The notes below the pieces were generated by a model. The model saw nothing but the letters and a program-made list of their open reading frames with translations. It had not been told where the DNA came from and searched no databases. This document shows, piece by piece, positions 1 to 13,169 of a stretch of DNA of 64,000 nucleotides. Position numbers and translations under genes: made by a program. The stretch covers positions 116,128,001-116,192,000 of the forward strand of contig CM059432.1 in NCBI GenBank assembly GCA_030390025.1, read 5' to 3'. The stretch is from Squalus acanthias (taxonomy: Eukaryota). Numbering within the stretch: position 1 is the first letter of the stretch; every line of letters begins with the position of its first letter.

Positions 1-239
1 AGATTGGGGTATCATGCTTTACTCACCATTCGGGCGAGGGCTGGGATATTTAAATATATATCTTGATTCTTGGGATGTGGGCAAGGCTGGCATTTACGCC
101 CATTCCTAGTTGGTGTGTGTTTATTAAATGCTGAAAGCGCAGAAATTAACATGTTCTCAGGTTACGTAATACGTCCTCTCTTTATGTAAGGTGTAATGTT
201 CACATTCAGTAAGTAAAACAAAAATAATCATAAATATAT

Positions 240-345
240 ATATTTAATTGTATAACGAATTTTTATGCAGAAAAAATACGGGGGTCCGTGGAATTTTTAT
301 AACACGGGATGGGAGCCTCCAAAGCAAAAGGGTTGAGAACCCCTG
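240..345. mobile_element. Probable hAT-family DNA transposon/MITE end
   Basis: Ends in GGTTGAGAACCCCTG (reverse complement CAGGGGTTCTCAACC), a typical hAT TIR. The partner end was not found. Confidence 0.45.
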
Positions 346-349
346 CTCT

Positions 350-1310
350 AGTCCCTGTTCCCACTAAATTGCTGACCATCCAACTTCCCTTCCTGGCCCC
401 CATGCTAGCTGATATTGTAAACGGTTCCCTCTCCACTGGTACTGTCCCCCCTCCGTTTCAAATCTGCTGTCATCACCTCCTTCTCAAAAAAACAACCCTT
501 TTCCCCTCTGTCCTTGCAAACTACCGCCCCATCTTCAACCTCCCTTTCACCTCCAAAGTCCTTCAACATGCTGTCATCTCTCAAATCCATGCCTATCTTT
601 CCCACAACTCCATGCTTGAACCCCTCTAATCAGACGTCCGCCCCTGCCACAGCACTAAAACATCCCTAACCAAAGTCACAAATGACATCCTATGTGACTG
701 TGGTGCACTATCCTCCTCATTTTTCTCGACCGGTCTGCAGCCTTTGACACGGTTGACTACACCATCCTTTTCCAATGATCTCCTCCATTGTCCAGCTGGG
801 TGGGAATGCCCTCGCCTGGTTCCATTCTTATCTATCCAGTCGTAACCAGAAAATCTCCTACAATGGCTTCTGTTCCCACTCCCGCACCATTACCTCTGGA
901 ATTCCCCAAGGATCTAGCCTTGGCACCCTCCTATTTCTTATCTACCTGCTGCCCCTTGGCGACATCATCTGAAAACACAGCGTCAGGTTCCACATGTACA
1001 CTGACAACGCCCAGCTCTACCTCACCATCACCACTCTCGACCCCTTCACTGCCTATGATTTGTCACTCTGCTTGTCCGACATCCAGTAATGGATGAGCAC
1101 AAATTACCTCCAATTAAATATTGGGAAGACCAAAGCCATTAAAATTGGCTCCTGCCACAAACTCTATTCCCTAGCCACCGGTTCCAACCCCATCTCTGTC
1201 TACTGTCTGAGGCTAAACCAGACTGTTCACAACCTCGGTGTCCTATTTGACCCTGAGCTGAGCTTCTGACACTATATCCTCTCCATCACCAAGATCGCCT
1301 ACTTCCACCT
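350..1310 (+). mobile_element. L2-clade LINE reverse transcriptase fragment, decayed
   Basis: Motifs NYRPIFNLPF, SAAFDTVD, GIPQGSSLG and HMYTDNAQLY lie across several frames with stops. Confidence 0.85.
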
Positions 1311-1417
1311 CTGTCACTTAATCTATCAATTACCCTTTGCAACTTTCTGCTCCCATCTCCACTATTTACTGTGCCACCTAACTTGGTGTCATCAGCAAAC
1401 TTGGATATACGGCTCTC

Positions 1418-2115
1418 TTTTTTTTCTTTTTTTCTTATTAATTCACGGGATGTGGGCATCGATGGCAAGGCTAGCATTTATTGCCCATCCCTAATTGCCC
1501 TTGAAGGTGGTGGTGAGCCATCTCCTTGAACTGCTGCAGTCTGTGTGGTGAAGGTACTCCCACAGTGCTGTTAGGGAGGGAGTTCCAGGATTTTGACCCA
1601 GCGACGATGAAGGAATGCTGATATATTTGCAAGTCAGGATGGTGTGTAACTTGGAGGGGAACTTCAGATGGTGGTGTTCCCATGCGCCTGCTGCCCTTGT
1701 CCTTCTAGGTGGTAGAGGTCGCGGGTTTGGGAGGTGCTGCTGAAGAAGCCTTGGCAAGTTGCTGTAGTGCATCTTGTAGATTGTACATACTGCAGCCACG
1801 GTACGCCAGTGGTGGAGGAAGTGATTGTTTAAGGTGGTGAATGGGGTGCCGATTAAGGGGGCTGCTTTGATCTGGAAGGTGTTGAGCTTCTTGAGTGTTG
1901 TTGGAGCTGCACTCATCCAGGCAAGTGGAGAGTATTCCATCATACTCCTGATTTGTGCCTTGTAGATGGTGGAAAGGCTTTTGGAGTGAGGAGGTGAGTC
2001 TCTCGCTGCAGAGTACCCAGCCTCTGACCTGCTCTTGTTGCCACAGTATTTATATGGCTGGTCCAGTTAAGTTTCGGGTCAATGGTGACCCCCAGGATGT
2101 TGATGATGGGAGAAT
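1418..2115 (-). mobile_element. 3' end of a CR1-group (Daphne/Zenon-like) LINE
   Basis: ATRAGQRLG and MEYSPLAWMSAAP motifs, followed by an AATAAATGC..GATGCCCACATCCC tail and poly(A). Same family as 20107-21000 and 21535-22810. Confidence 0.85.
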
Positions 2116-2116
2116 T

Positions 2117-4495
2117 CATAGAATCATAGAAATTTACAGCAGAGAAGGAGGCCATTCGGCCCATCGTGTCTGTGCTGGCCGAAAAAAGCTATCCTGTCTA
2201 ATCCCACTTTCCAGCTCTTGGTCCGTAGCCTTGTAATTTACGGCACTTCAAGTGCATAGCCAAGTATTTTTTAAATGCGATGAGGGTTTCTGCCTCTACC
2301 ACCCTTTCAGGCAGTGAGTTCCAGACCCCCACCACCCTGTGGGTAAAAAAATTTCTCCTCAACTAATCCTTCTACCAATTACTTTAAATCTATGCCCCCT
2401 GGTTATTGACCCTTCTGCTAATGGAAATAGGTCCTTCCTGTCCACTCTATCTAGGCCCCTCATAATTTTATACACCTCAATTAAGTCTCCCCTCAGCCTC
2501 CTCTGTTCCAAAGAAAACAACCCCAGTCTATCCAATCTTTCCTCATAGCTAAAATTCTCCAGTCCTGGCCATATCCTTGTAAATCTCCTCTGTACCCTGT
2601 CTAGTGCAATCACATCTTTCCTGTAATGTGATGACCAGAACTGTACGCAGTACTCTAGCTGTGGCCTGTAAAGTTTTGCAATTATCGCGATTCAAAATAA
2701 CACAAGAGAAGCAGATTCGTTTGATCAGTTTTATTAAACGAAATGCTGTCATGATTATAAAGGACACAGAAGCCTGTAAAATGGCCGCCGCGCATCGTGG
2801 CAGAAGCTTCCAGAAATACAGTGGGCAGACAAGATGGCGTCGAATAAACATTCAATATAAGATTGGATCATACTCGATAAACACTGATAAAGACAGGATG
2901 CAACCTGTTTGCATTTGTGACAATAGCAAAGATTGCGGGAATCGTTTTCCTATGCACAAGTAAGGACCATTGTACGGGGCAATCGAAGGCCCATCCAGAC
3001 ACATCAATACACAAATACCCCCACGGCTCTACAATGAGAGAGACATTGACGGGTGATTAAGCAAGTATTCGGGGGCCCCCAAAACCAGTCAGGGAGACGA
3101 TTCATACAATCCTGGCTGGGTCAACAATGGGGAAAACATTAACGGGTAGTTGGCCAGTTTCAGGTGCTACCGAAACCCGTTAAAGAGAAGAATCGCCCCA
3201 TGCTGGGAGTTTTGCGTGCCAATATTACACAAAGGACAAACATTAAGATTTGAGCGGGAGATAAGGGAACACAGCACTATAACTATAGTGAACAAATGTC
3301 CATCGATCTCTTATTCGCTTGCCGCTTCATGGACTCGCTTGACTGGTGAGCTCTTGATTTTCTCTCTGGACTTTGCTGACTCTTGACTCTTAGCCGTACT
3401 GGTCGGTTATTCGAATGTTGGGTGGAGCTCACTCGGAACGAGCCGCCCCGACAAGGGCAAGTAATGGTGCACCATCCCGAGTGTCGGTAAACGGTGTCTG
3501 GACCCGGAGGCCCGAAGAGACAAGACGAGACGAGAAGAAAAGGAGAAGAATCCACGTGCCGCCACGGTCAGTAAACCCCGACCGCGCACGAAAACATTAA
3601 GAAAGAACTTTTCATTGAAGTCTACCGACAACCGGTGTCGAACACAGGAAGACTCTTCTTTGAATTTTACAAACGTTTCCGAGTTCTGTCGAGTTCTTCA
3701 TGACAACAGGGAGTCTTGCCTGCTTGTCGCAGCAGCGAAAATAAACAAGTGGGGTACAGAGACCCTTCCAAACACGTGACAGTCAGGCGCTGCAGCGAAA
3801 CGAGCCGAGTGCCTCACTTTAAAATTCTCCGAAGTAACACGAGTGGTGAGCATGTTTCCCGATCCTACAAATCTAGATGTAGTGTAGGTATTGATAAGGG
3901 AGGGTGGTGTTATTAAGGATAAAGTATAATGTGTTCCCCTTTTTACGATGTGCCATGCGTTCTTCATTTCCCTAGACCAAGCTTTATGAATGTATGTATA
4001 CTTGTACTCTCGTTAATTTGCGCCTATGACATGTACTTCATGATTTTGGACGCTATGCAATAAAGATTTCCATTTCGTACTATTCAACCGGGTCTATTTG
4101 AGTTTTTCTCTGCATTACTGCTCCCTGCACCTAAGTCCAGTGTTAGAACCGTAAGGGCGAGTGGGTCGAACCACTCACAGGTGCTTATTGCAATAAGGCT
4201 GGCCGGAGACCAGAGCAAGCAATAGTATTAGGCAACGAAGGCCTAACCTCGCACCAGCACCGTCTCTGAGAGACACGTTTCCAAAACCCTTACAGGCCTA
4301 ACTAATGTTTTATACAGTTCAAGCATAACCTCCCTGCTCTTATATTCTATGCCTCGGCTAATAAAGGCAAATGCCTTCTTAACCACCTTATCTACCTGTC
4401 CTGCTAACTTCAGTCCAAGGTCCCTCTGTTCCTCTACACTTCTCAGTATCCTATCATTTATTGTATATTCCCTTGCATTGTTAGCCCTCCCCAAC
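2117..4495 (-). mobile_element. CR1 LINE 3' fragment (2117-2666 and 4295-4495) split by a solo LTR
   Basis: VQRRFTR..RRLRGDLIEVYKI motif and (TTCTATGA)n tail. The CR1 text CTGTGGCC|TAACTAATG rejoins across the insert. Confidence 0.9.
2667..4294 (+). mobile_element. Solo LTR, 1628 bp
   Basis: Starts TGTAAAG and ends CCTTACA, with a GGCC TSD on both sides (2663-2666, 4295-4298). AATAAA near 4059. No long ORF. Confidence 0.85.
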
Positions 4496-4496
4496 G

Positions 4497-4885
4497 ATGC
4501 AATTGAATGTCATGGGGAGGTGGTTAGACTTTCTTGTTGGAGATGGACATTGCCTGGCACTTGTGTGGCGCGAATGTCACTTGCCACTTAGCAACCCAAG
4601 CCTGGATGTTGTCCAGATCTTGCTGAACACTGTGCAATCATCAGCAAACATCCCCACTTCTGACCTTATAATGGAGGGAAGGTCATTGATGAAGCAGCTG
4701 AAGATGGTAGGGCCTAGGACACAGCCCTGAGGAACTCCTGCAGCGATGTCCTGGGGCTGAGATGATTTGCCTCCAACAACCACAACCACCTTCTTTGTGC
4801 TAGGTATGACTCCAACCAGTGAAGAGTTTCCCCCTGATCTCCATTGACTTCAATTTTACTAGGGCTCCTTGGTGCCACACTCGGT
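4497..4885 (-). mobile_element. CR1-group (Daphne/Zenon-like) LINE RT fragment
   Basis: GVPQGCVLGP and MFADDC motifs. Confidence 0.8.
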
Positions 4886-5815
4886 CTAGGTTAGACATGA
4901 ATTACACTTTTCAAACCCATGCCGGCTCTCTCTGATCAGCTCATATTTGTCCAAGTGCTCAGTCACTCTGCCCCTAATGATGGAATCCCCACAACAGACA
5001 TTAGACTAATGGCCTATAATTTCCTAGTTTATCTTTCTTACGCTTCTTAAATAATGGAGTGACATTGGGAATTTTCCAATCCAAGGGGACAATTCCTGAA
5101 TGGAGAGAGTTTTGGAAGATCATAACTAGCGCATCTACAATTTCCTCACCTACTTCTTTTAATACCCTGGGGTGGCCCTGGAGATTTGTGAATCTTTAGT
5201 CCCATTATTTTCTCCATTACCATTTGTTTATTTATATTAAATTTAGTTAGTTCCTCTCCTTGATTTATTTTTATTTTTCCTTGTATCTCTGATATTTATT
5301 CTCATCCTCTACTGTAAAGTCCAATACAAAGTTACTATTTAGTAAGTCTGCCATTTCCTGATTTTCAATGACAATAGCATCTGCTTCTGTCATTAAGGGG
5401 CCCACATTACTTTTAGCCACCCTCATTCTCTTAATATATTTGTTAAAAACCTTTCGTGTTGTCGTTTGTATCCCTCGCAAGCTTTTTCTCGTATTCCCTT
5501 TTTGCAGCTCTTGCTACTTTCTTTGTATCCCTTTTCTGTTCTTTATATCTCTCCCAGTCCTTGGGATCCCTACTGTTCTTTGTATTCGTATCAGCGCTTT
5601 CTTTTAGTTTTATACTATCTCTCACCTCTCTTGTTGACCAAGCTTGTTTAATTACATGAATAGAGCTCTTGCCCTTTAGGCATCTGTACAGGTCTTGTAT
5701 TGTACCAAATACTTCTTTGAATACTTCCCACTGTTCGTCTATAGTTTTATCCGTTAACACTTCTGCCCAGTCTACTGTGGTTAATTCCTGCTTCATCCCT
5801 CCAAAGTCTAGGCAT
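4886..5815 (-). mobile_element. Old CR1 LINE fragment (EN-RT linker to RT start)
   Basis: EVRDSIKLK and EYEKKLARD motifs, with frameshifts. Confidence 0.8.
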
Positions 5816-7071
5816 ACCCTGTACTAGAAAACTGGTTTCCTTGCACAAATGCTGCAGTTAAAGAGTAAATTTGCCTGAGTCCAGTGTCGGGGCTCTGCCT
5901 AACATTGGAACGAATTGGGATGAGAATCCTTGGAGGTGGAATCTCATTCCCTACTCCAGGGAATCTCATTCCACTTTGCTTTAAAGTCAGTTCAGGCTTT
6001 CACACCCGAATTTCGCTCCAAGTTTAGCAAAGCGCTTTTAGTGTCACACGAACACTAATCCTGTTGAGTGTGAATGCTCTGATAGAAGTATGCTTTGGTA
6101 TTGATCTGTGATGAGGGTCAAAGACCTCAGTACAGCTCCCAGTCAACAAAGGTGCAGAATAAAGCTATTCTGAGTACCACGCAAGCTTTGCAGAGGATTA
6201 AGCACTTTTCAAAGGGCCTGCTGAAACTCAGTGTTCAAGATAAGTGGGACCCCTTCCACCTTTGATCAAACAGGGTTTTCATTGGCCTAGAAATTGCGGT
6301 TGGAGGTGTACCTCCCCGGAGTACGCCTCCGACCTGCGAAACATTAACAAAAGTACCTGCTGGCGCCCAGGCTGCGAGGAGTTGCAGTCTCGGGCCTCGA
6401 GGCGGAGGGCAGCGTAATGGCCCACGGATCCCAGGGATGCAGGTGGTTCGGAAGTGTACCTGGGATCACGTGGGCCCGGTCCGCCAATGACAAAGGAGAA
6501 TTCCATTTTAGTCATTTACGAAGGGAATCCCCTAATGAGATACAATGGAATCCCCCAAATCTAATAATTATACAATGTACAGAATTGGAATTTTATTCAT
6601 AAGTTCCTTCATTGCACTAAACTCAATAAAAAAATTATTTTTTGTTAATTTTAAACATCATTAAGGACATGCAGCATCAGGACATGAAGGCCTTGGTGCA
6701 GGCAGTGTAGCGAAGGAGGTACATCCTTTTTTCCTCCATGGGCTAGGAAGCCCTCCAGGCATCTACACAGGAGGCAGTGGAAGGAGATTGCTGAGTATGT
6801 CAAGAACATGACTGCAATGCAGGAAAAACATTTAATGATTTAACCAGGTTTGTTAAGGTAAGGAGACTGCTGAAATACTTTCTCATCACAGCTGCACCAC
6901 TCACAGCCTCGTTAATTACAACACTGACAGCACCCTTAAAACTGCCCTCCTCCACTACCCTGCACTATCCTAAAATCACTGCACCACACTTCACTAAACA
7001 TTCTCCTCATCCTCACACTCTTCAGCGCTATTACAAACTACACACCCACAACTCACATCTCACACACACAT

Positions 7072-7838
7072 GGGCTGGATTTTGTCTTGGGGTCGGGTTG
7101 GGGTCGTGTAATCCGCATTTCGTGTTCCCCCCCTGACTCCAGATTAATGTCGATGCCTGATGCAATTTTCACTTAATTGGGCAATTGAGTTGGAGCATGT
7201 GGGAACCCATGAACTAATTAGTGTTTTCAGTCTGAAAGTCGCCTCTAATGATGTCATCATTGCTGCCTGCCTAGTCTCAGAGACTGTTGGTGAGAGAGGA
7301 CCTGCCTGGCTTTTGGTGTGAGTGGACCTGGATGCAAAAATGGGGGGTGGGTGGGTGGTAGAGGTAGGAGAGAGAGAGAGAGAGAGAGAATTTTTTTGCC
7401 AAGCAAGTCCTCCCAGGCAGTCTCTGAAGACATTCAATGCAGCAGCATCAGAGGCGATGTTCAGGCCTAATACTACTACTACCTTCATCACATCTCCGTT
7501 GTAATAGTGGACCTGCAGCCGATAGTCACTATCCACTTGTGCTCCCGCCAGGTTTCACTGGAGTGTTTCACACCAGGCGTGCTTCACGTCAGAAGAGGGT
7601 TAAACTAGCTACAGCGTTTCAAAATGGCATTGCAGAGCCAATTTAGAGCTTGTTAAGGGCTTTAATGGCCTCTCCCGCCTCTTGAAGGCGGGACGGAGTC
7701 AGGAACCCCGCGACTGATTATGTCAAAATTGCGTGGAGGCGGGATGGAGTCGGGATGGGGTCGGAAACCCCGACCCCGCAAATTTAACCCCCCACACGCC
7801 TCCAAACCCGACTCCATGGGTCATTCAAAATCCAGCCC
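7072..7838. mobile_element. Harbinger-derived MITE, 767 bp
   Basis: TIRs GGGCTGGATTTTG / CAAAATCCAGCCC. Both subterminal regions match the two ends of the element at 24706-27976. Confidence 0.85.
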
Positions 7839-7973
7839 ATAATCTCAGCTATTCCACCATAACAGCCACATTCTCTAAACTCCTCACAAGACTCTCACTA
7901 AGACACTTCATGCTTTTTTGCAGGAGAAGGTCGCACACAACACCAGGCAACAGGCTGCCAACATAGGAGGAAG

Positions 7974-9065
7974 AGAACATAAGAACATAAGACAGCGGAG
8001 CAGGAGTAGGTCATTTGGCCCCTCGAGCCTGCTCCGCTATTCAATAAGATCATGGCTGATCTGATCTTGACCTCAACTCCACTTCCCTGCCCGCTCCCCA
8101 TAACCCTTGACTCCCTTACCTTTCAAAAATCTGTCTAACTCCACCTTAAATATATTCAATGACCCAGCCTCCACAGCTCTCTGGGGAAGAGAATTCCAAA
8201 GATTCAGGACCCTCTGAGAGAAGAAATTTCTCCTCATTTCCGATTTAAATGGGTGCCCCATTATTCTGAAATTATGCCCCCTAGTTCTAGATTCCCCCAT
8301 CTCTGCATCCACCCTGTCAAGCCCCTTCAGAATCTTATATGCTTCAATAAGATCCCCTCTCATTCTTCTAAACTCCAATGGGTATAGACCCAACCTGCTC
8401 AACCTTTCTTCATAAGACAACCCCGTCATCTCCGGAATCAACCTTGTGAACCTTCTCTGAACTGCCTCCAATGCAAGTATATCCTTCCTTAAGTAAGGAG
8501 ACCAAAACTGTGCGCAGTACTCCAGGTGTGGTCTCACCAATGCCCTGTACAGTTGTAACAGGACTTCCCTACTTTTATACTCCATTCCTTTTGCAATAAA
8601 GGCCAACACTCCATTTGCCTTCCGAATTACTTGTTGTACCTGCATGCTAACTTTTTGTGATTCACGTACAAGGACCGCCAGATCCCTCTGTACCTCAGCA
8701 TTTTGTAATCTCTCCCCATTTAAATAATAATTTGCTTTTTTATTTTTCCTACCAAAGTAGATAACCTCGCATTTTCCCACATTAAACTCCATTTGCCAGA
8801 TTTTTGCCCATTCACTTAGCCTATCTATTACCCTTTGGAGATTCTTTGCGTCCTCCACACAATTTGCTTTCCCACCTGTCTTTGTATCATCAGCGAATTT
8901 GGCTACATTACATTCGGTCCCTTCATCCAAGTCATTAATATAGATTGTAAATAGTTGAGGCCCCAGCACTGATGCGGCACCCCACTAGTTACAGTTTGCC
9001 AACCTGAAAATGACTAATTTATCCCGACTCTCTGTTTTCTGTTAGTTAGCCAATCCTCTATCCTC
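7974..9065 (-). mobile_element. 5'-truncated CR1 LINE with an open 298-aa RT C-terminal ORF (8073-8969)
   Basis: LGPQLFTIYINDL and KFADDTK motifs, (TTCTTATG)n tail. Confidence 0.95.
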
Positions 9066-9269
9066 CAGTAAAGTGAGGACGATACCAATGTGTTTGGAGT
9101 GAAGGGAGGTAATCAGATTGTGGTTATAAGAGTGGTAAGGATTGTGGGACTGCTGGTGTATGAGGAATGAAAGGACTGATTTATTTGACGCACTCATCAA
9201 TGATGTGGTCCCTGAGAGCCCGGGCAGAGAGGGGCTCTTGTGATCATTGCCTCTCCTCCTCCTCTTCCT

Positions 9270-9613
9270 CCTCCTGTACTTGTTGCTGCCCAGTTGATGG
9301 TAAGGGTTGAGGTCGACATTGACCTTGATAGTCATAGGCAGTGCTGTCCATGCCCTGGTATGAGACTGGAGTTGTGGCTGCAGCAGGTGACATAGCTCAG
9401 TAACAGCCTCCTCAGTGAAGCGAAGGCGCCTCATACACTGCTCCGCAGTGAAGTTGATGTAGGAGACGTTCTCCCTGAAGTCCCTCTGTGGATATGCCCT
9501 CCTGTTCAGTGCCCTCCTTCTCCTCCTCCTTCTCCCTCTTCTGGCAGCTTCTCTTGCTGTGTGGTGTCTTCCTAGCTGCTGCCCCCCAAAGGCAGCCCTA
9601 TGTGAACACCCAT
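9270..9613 (-). pseudogene. Harbinger (HARBI1-like) transposase N-terminal remnant
   Basis: EQCMRRLRFTEEAVTELCHLLQPQLQ..ALPMTIKV, similar to 43357-43730. Confidence 0.7.
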
Positions 9614-9940
9614 GTCTGCAGTCAGACTACTTGACGAGCAAAACCTCTCCCTGTGCAGACAAAGTGAACTTTCCAGAGTGATACAACACAACATAAAATG
9701 CCTGGAAGTCAAACAATAGCCAGATATACTAAACCAGCAACTAACCTGTAAGTACAGCATGATCCCTTTAAATAGCGCTGGCAAGGGGGCCTTCCTGCTG
9801 GTTAACACCACGTTGTGCAATGCGAGGTCAGCACATAGTGAGTAAAGCGCTGGGCAGTCCAAAATGAAAAACGATCCTGCAAGAAATGCAGGACCCTAAT
9901 TTAAATATATTATCCTTTACCTAGAATACTGCGGGCGTAC

Positions 9941-11224
9941 AAAAGGTAAATCGTGCTTGACTAATCTACTGGAATTTTTTGAGGATGTAACTGGGAAAAT
10001 AGATAAGGGAGAACCAGTAGATGTGGTGTATTTGGACTTTCAAAAGGCTTTCGATAAGGTCCCGCATAAGAGATTAGCATGTAAAGTTAAGGCACATGGG
10101 ATTGGGGGCAAGGTATTGACTTGGATAGAGAACTGGTTGGCAGACAGGAAGCAAAGAGTAGGAATTAATGGGTCTTTTTCCGAGTGGCAAGCAGTGACTA
10201 GTGGGGTACCGCAGGGATCGGTCCTTGGACCCCAGCTATTCACAATATACATTAATGATCTAGATAAGGGAACTAAATGTAATATCTCCAAGTTTGCAGA
10301 TGACACAAAGCTGGGTGGGCGTGTGTACTGCGAGGAGGATACTGAGAAACTCCAGGATGATTTGGACAGGTTGGGTGAGTGGGCAGAAGCGTGGCAGATG
10401 CAATATAACGTGGATAAATGCGAGGTTATCCACTTTGGTGTCAAAAACAGAAAGGCAGACTATTATCTGAATGGCAATAGATTGGGAGAAGGGGAAGTGC
10501 AACGAGACCTGGGTGTCCTTGTGCACCAGTCGCTGAAGGTAAGCATGCAGGTGCAGCAGGTGGTTAAGAAGGCAAATGGTATGTTGGCCTTCATAGCGAG
10601 AGGGTTTGAGTACAGGAACAGGGTTGTCCTGCTGCAGTTGTACAGGGCCTTGGTGAGACCACACCTTGAGTATTGTGTGCAGTTTTGGTCGCCTTATCTG
10701 AGGAAGGATGTTCTTGCCATGGAGGGAGTTCAGCGAAGATTCACAAGGCTGATTCCTGGGATGGCAGAAATGACATATGAGGAGAGATTGGGTCGATTGG
10801 GCTTATACTCGCTGGAGTATAGAAGAATGAGAGGGGATCTCATCGAAACATATAAAATTCTGACAGGTCTGGACAAACTAGATGCAGGAAGAATGTTCCC
10901 GACAGTCGGAGAGTCCAGAACCAGGGGTCATAATCTAAGGATAAGGGGTAAGCCATTTAGGACAGAGATGAGGAAGAATTTCTTCACCCAGAGAGTGGTG
11001 AACCTGTGGAATTCTCTACCACAGAAAGTAGTTGAGGCCAAGTCATTAAATATATTCAAGAATGAGTTAGATATATTTCTTAAAGCTAAAGGTATCAAGG
11101 GATATGGGGAGAAAGCAGGGACAGGGTACTGAGTTTGGATGATCAGCCATGATCTCATCGAATGGGCAGGCTCGAGGGGCCGAATGGCCTACTCCTGCTC
11201 CTATCTTCTATGTTTCTATGTTTC
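9941..11224 (+). mobile_element. Young 5'-truncated CR1 LINE with an uninterrupted 391-aa RT ORF (9957-11132)
   Basis: YLDFQKAFDKV, GVPQGSVLGP and KFADDTK motifs, (TATGTTTC)n tail. Confidence 0.95.
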
Positions 11225-13169
11225 TACCACCTGTACAACCTGCTGTACCAATATGGCGGGCGGCACACTTCCAGCCCGCCATGTTGGGGACTTAGTACAT
11301 CAAAAAATGGGCCTGATGTATCGGCCAACGTGCTTGTACAAAATGTCTTTGTTATTATAACCTGTTCATTTCAAAGGAATTTCATACAGACATGTTAAGT
11401 GCTTGTATGCTGTATTCACTCAGTGTAATTTGAAGGTCAGTAAGAAACAAATTCTATTGTTAAAACTTTATCAAATCTATTCAGCCAGAGCCCTGAGTAC
11501 CCAATCGTTATGAGATCTCAACTTTTGCCCTTTATTTCTTTGCCCCATTGGATCGAGCTACTTAGTGGATAGCTGTAGAAGAAGAAGAAGAGTGGGCGAA
11601 TATGGTGATCCTACTGATTGACATTACCAATTATCGCCACTAGTCCATCAAACTGTTCCCTACTCTGGTTAACTCACTTTGGCTCTGCATCTCTTCTGTC
11701 ATTACAATGACTGCTTCTGACCGGCCGAAAATTTGCAACTTGTGAAAAAGCAAAAGTTGCAAGTTGGCCAATGCAGAAGTAGACGCATGCTTACTGCCAA
11801 ACAACGCTGCGCTTCAACCTTCCTTTAAAAATGAATCCAAAGCAGGCCAAACCCATTAAGCTGCCATGGGTCCGTTTAATATGGGTGAGATGCACCCTGG
11901 GGACTGAACTTCATCCAAGATCATGCAATTTGGCATGGGACATCATTTCAATAACTGAAGGGCGAAAAAATGGATTCCTCTTGCCTCCAATGCTGCCCCT
12001 TTCTCCTCCCAAAATTCTGCCACTGGCAGAGCTTTGTGAAATTGGGACCCATATTTTTTTCTTTACAATTCCGTCACCTATTAGGCTAACCGCTTTTCCA
12101 CCTCCTCATATTTATTTCTTTTTCGGCTAGCTGCTGTTTGAATTCCTCACGCTCTTGTTTCCTAGCGCAACTGCTGTTATAGGTTTGCTTTCCTATGCTT
12201 AAATATTCTGTTCTTAAGAACAAGGAAGCCGCAGAGGCCATAACAAATCTTCTGGGTTTATTATTCTCATGTGACAGTCTCTTGACTCCATCTTGCTGTC
12301 CAGCCAAACCTTTTTTGTTACTTTCACGAGCCAAATTCCTCCATTTATCAACTAATCTTTTGGGGAATTGGCCTTCTGGCTTTGTGCTCTCCTACAGGAT
12401 CTAACAAAGTTTTAGCCACAGGTTTTACTGAAGGCTTTAATTCCACCATTATGAACCTTTTAAATTTCCTGAATTTAGGTGCTAACTATATGCAGCAAGT
12501 TAGCTTCACTCTTTTTATATACTTTTTTATAAATTAGTAGAAGGCCACACTACTTCCCGATGAGGAATTCCTCTGATTTCTAAGCATCTCTAATGGTGCG
12601 CATCTCTGCATGCCAACTTAGTCAGTCCACATTTTGCAGCTGTCAACCTTTCATAAAATGTTCAGCTTTGTTCAGCACAAACACAATCACTTTAGCCCTT
12701 AAACCTTTAACATACAGCAACAACACCCAAACTAAACCTCTCTGCACTTAAGTCATTTAGCTCAAACCTCAGGATACTGGCAGGCTACAATTTAGTCAAC
12801 CAAAGTAAATTCATGCTAGCTCTCAATACATAAGGCACTGTGTAAATACAACTCTTTGAATTCTCAGCATGAGTTTAAACTCACTCAGTTGCATTTAACA
12901 AAGTTCCTATATTAAATGTGTTTGGTTGGCTTGTAAATTATAGAACAATGAAATTCCAGATGTCTCTATCAAAGGATGAAACGCATCTTAACAATACGCT
13001 CAAAAATGTTCGGAAGTCTAAATCCTGACTCATAGGCCTCCAACGTATAGGACTGCTGAATGCTAAATCCTGGGCAACCAGCAACTGATTCTGTATTGGA
13101 AATTCCAAGATATGTAATCTATATTAGAGTGTCAGACAAATCTTCCCTAACATGCACACCAGAAGGAAA

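Larger units (their letters stand above)
6283..9900. mobile_element. Decayed PIF/Harbinger element with Myb-like exon remnants (+) and a transposase remnant (-), carrying a nested MITE and CR1
   Basis: GGCCTAGAAATTGC terminus. WKEIAE..FNDLTRFVK|gtaagg near 6780-6860, cag|EKVAHN at 7924, and a transposase stub at 9270-9613. Right end uncertain. Confidence 0.6.

Noticed and set aside
9957..11132. 391-aa RT ORF as a domesticated gene or active LINE
   Set aside because: It is 5'-truncated, lacks the endonuclease and a true ATG start, and has a standard CR1 tail.
11368..11436. Possible short exon reading GISYRHVKCLYAVFTQCNLK
   Set aside because: The acceptor is weak, the phase is incompatible with the preferred frame of the downstream candidates, and there is no other support.
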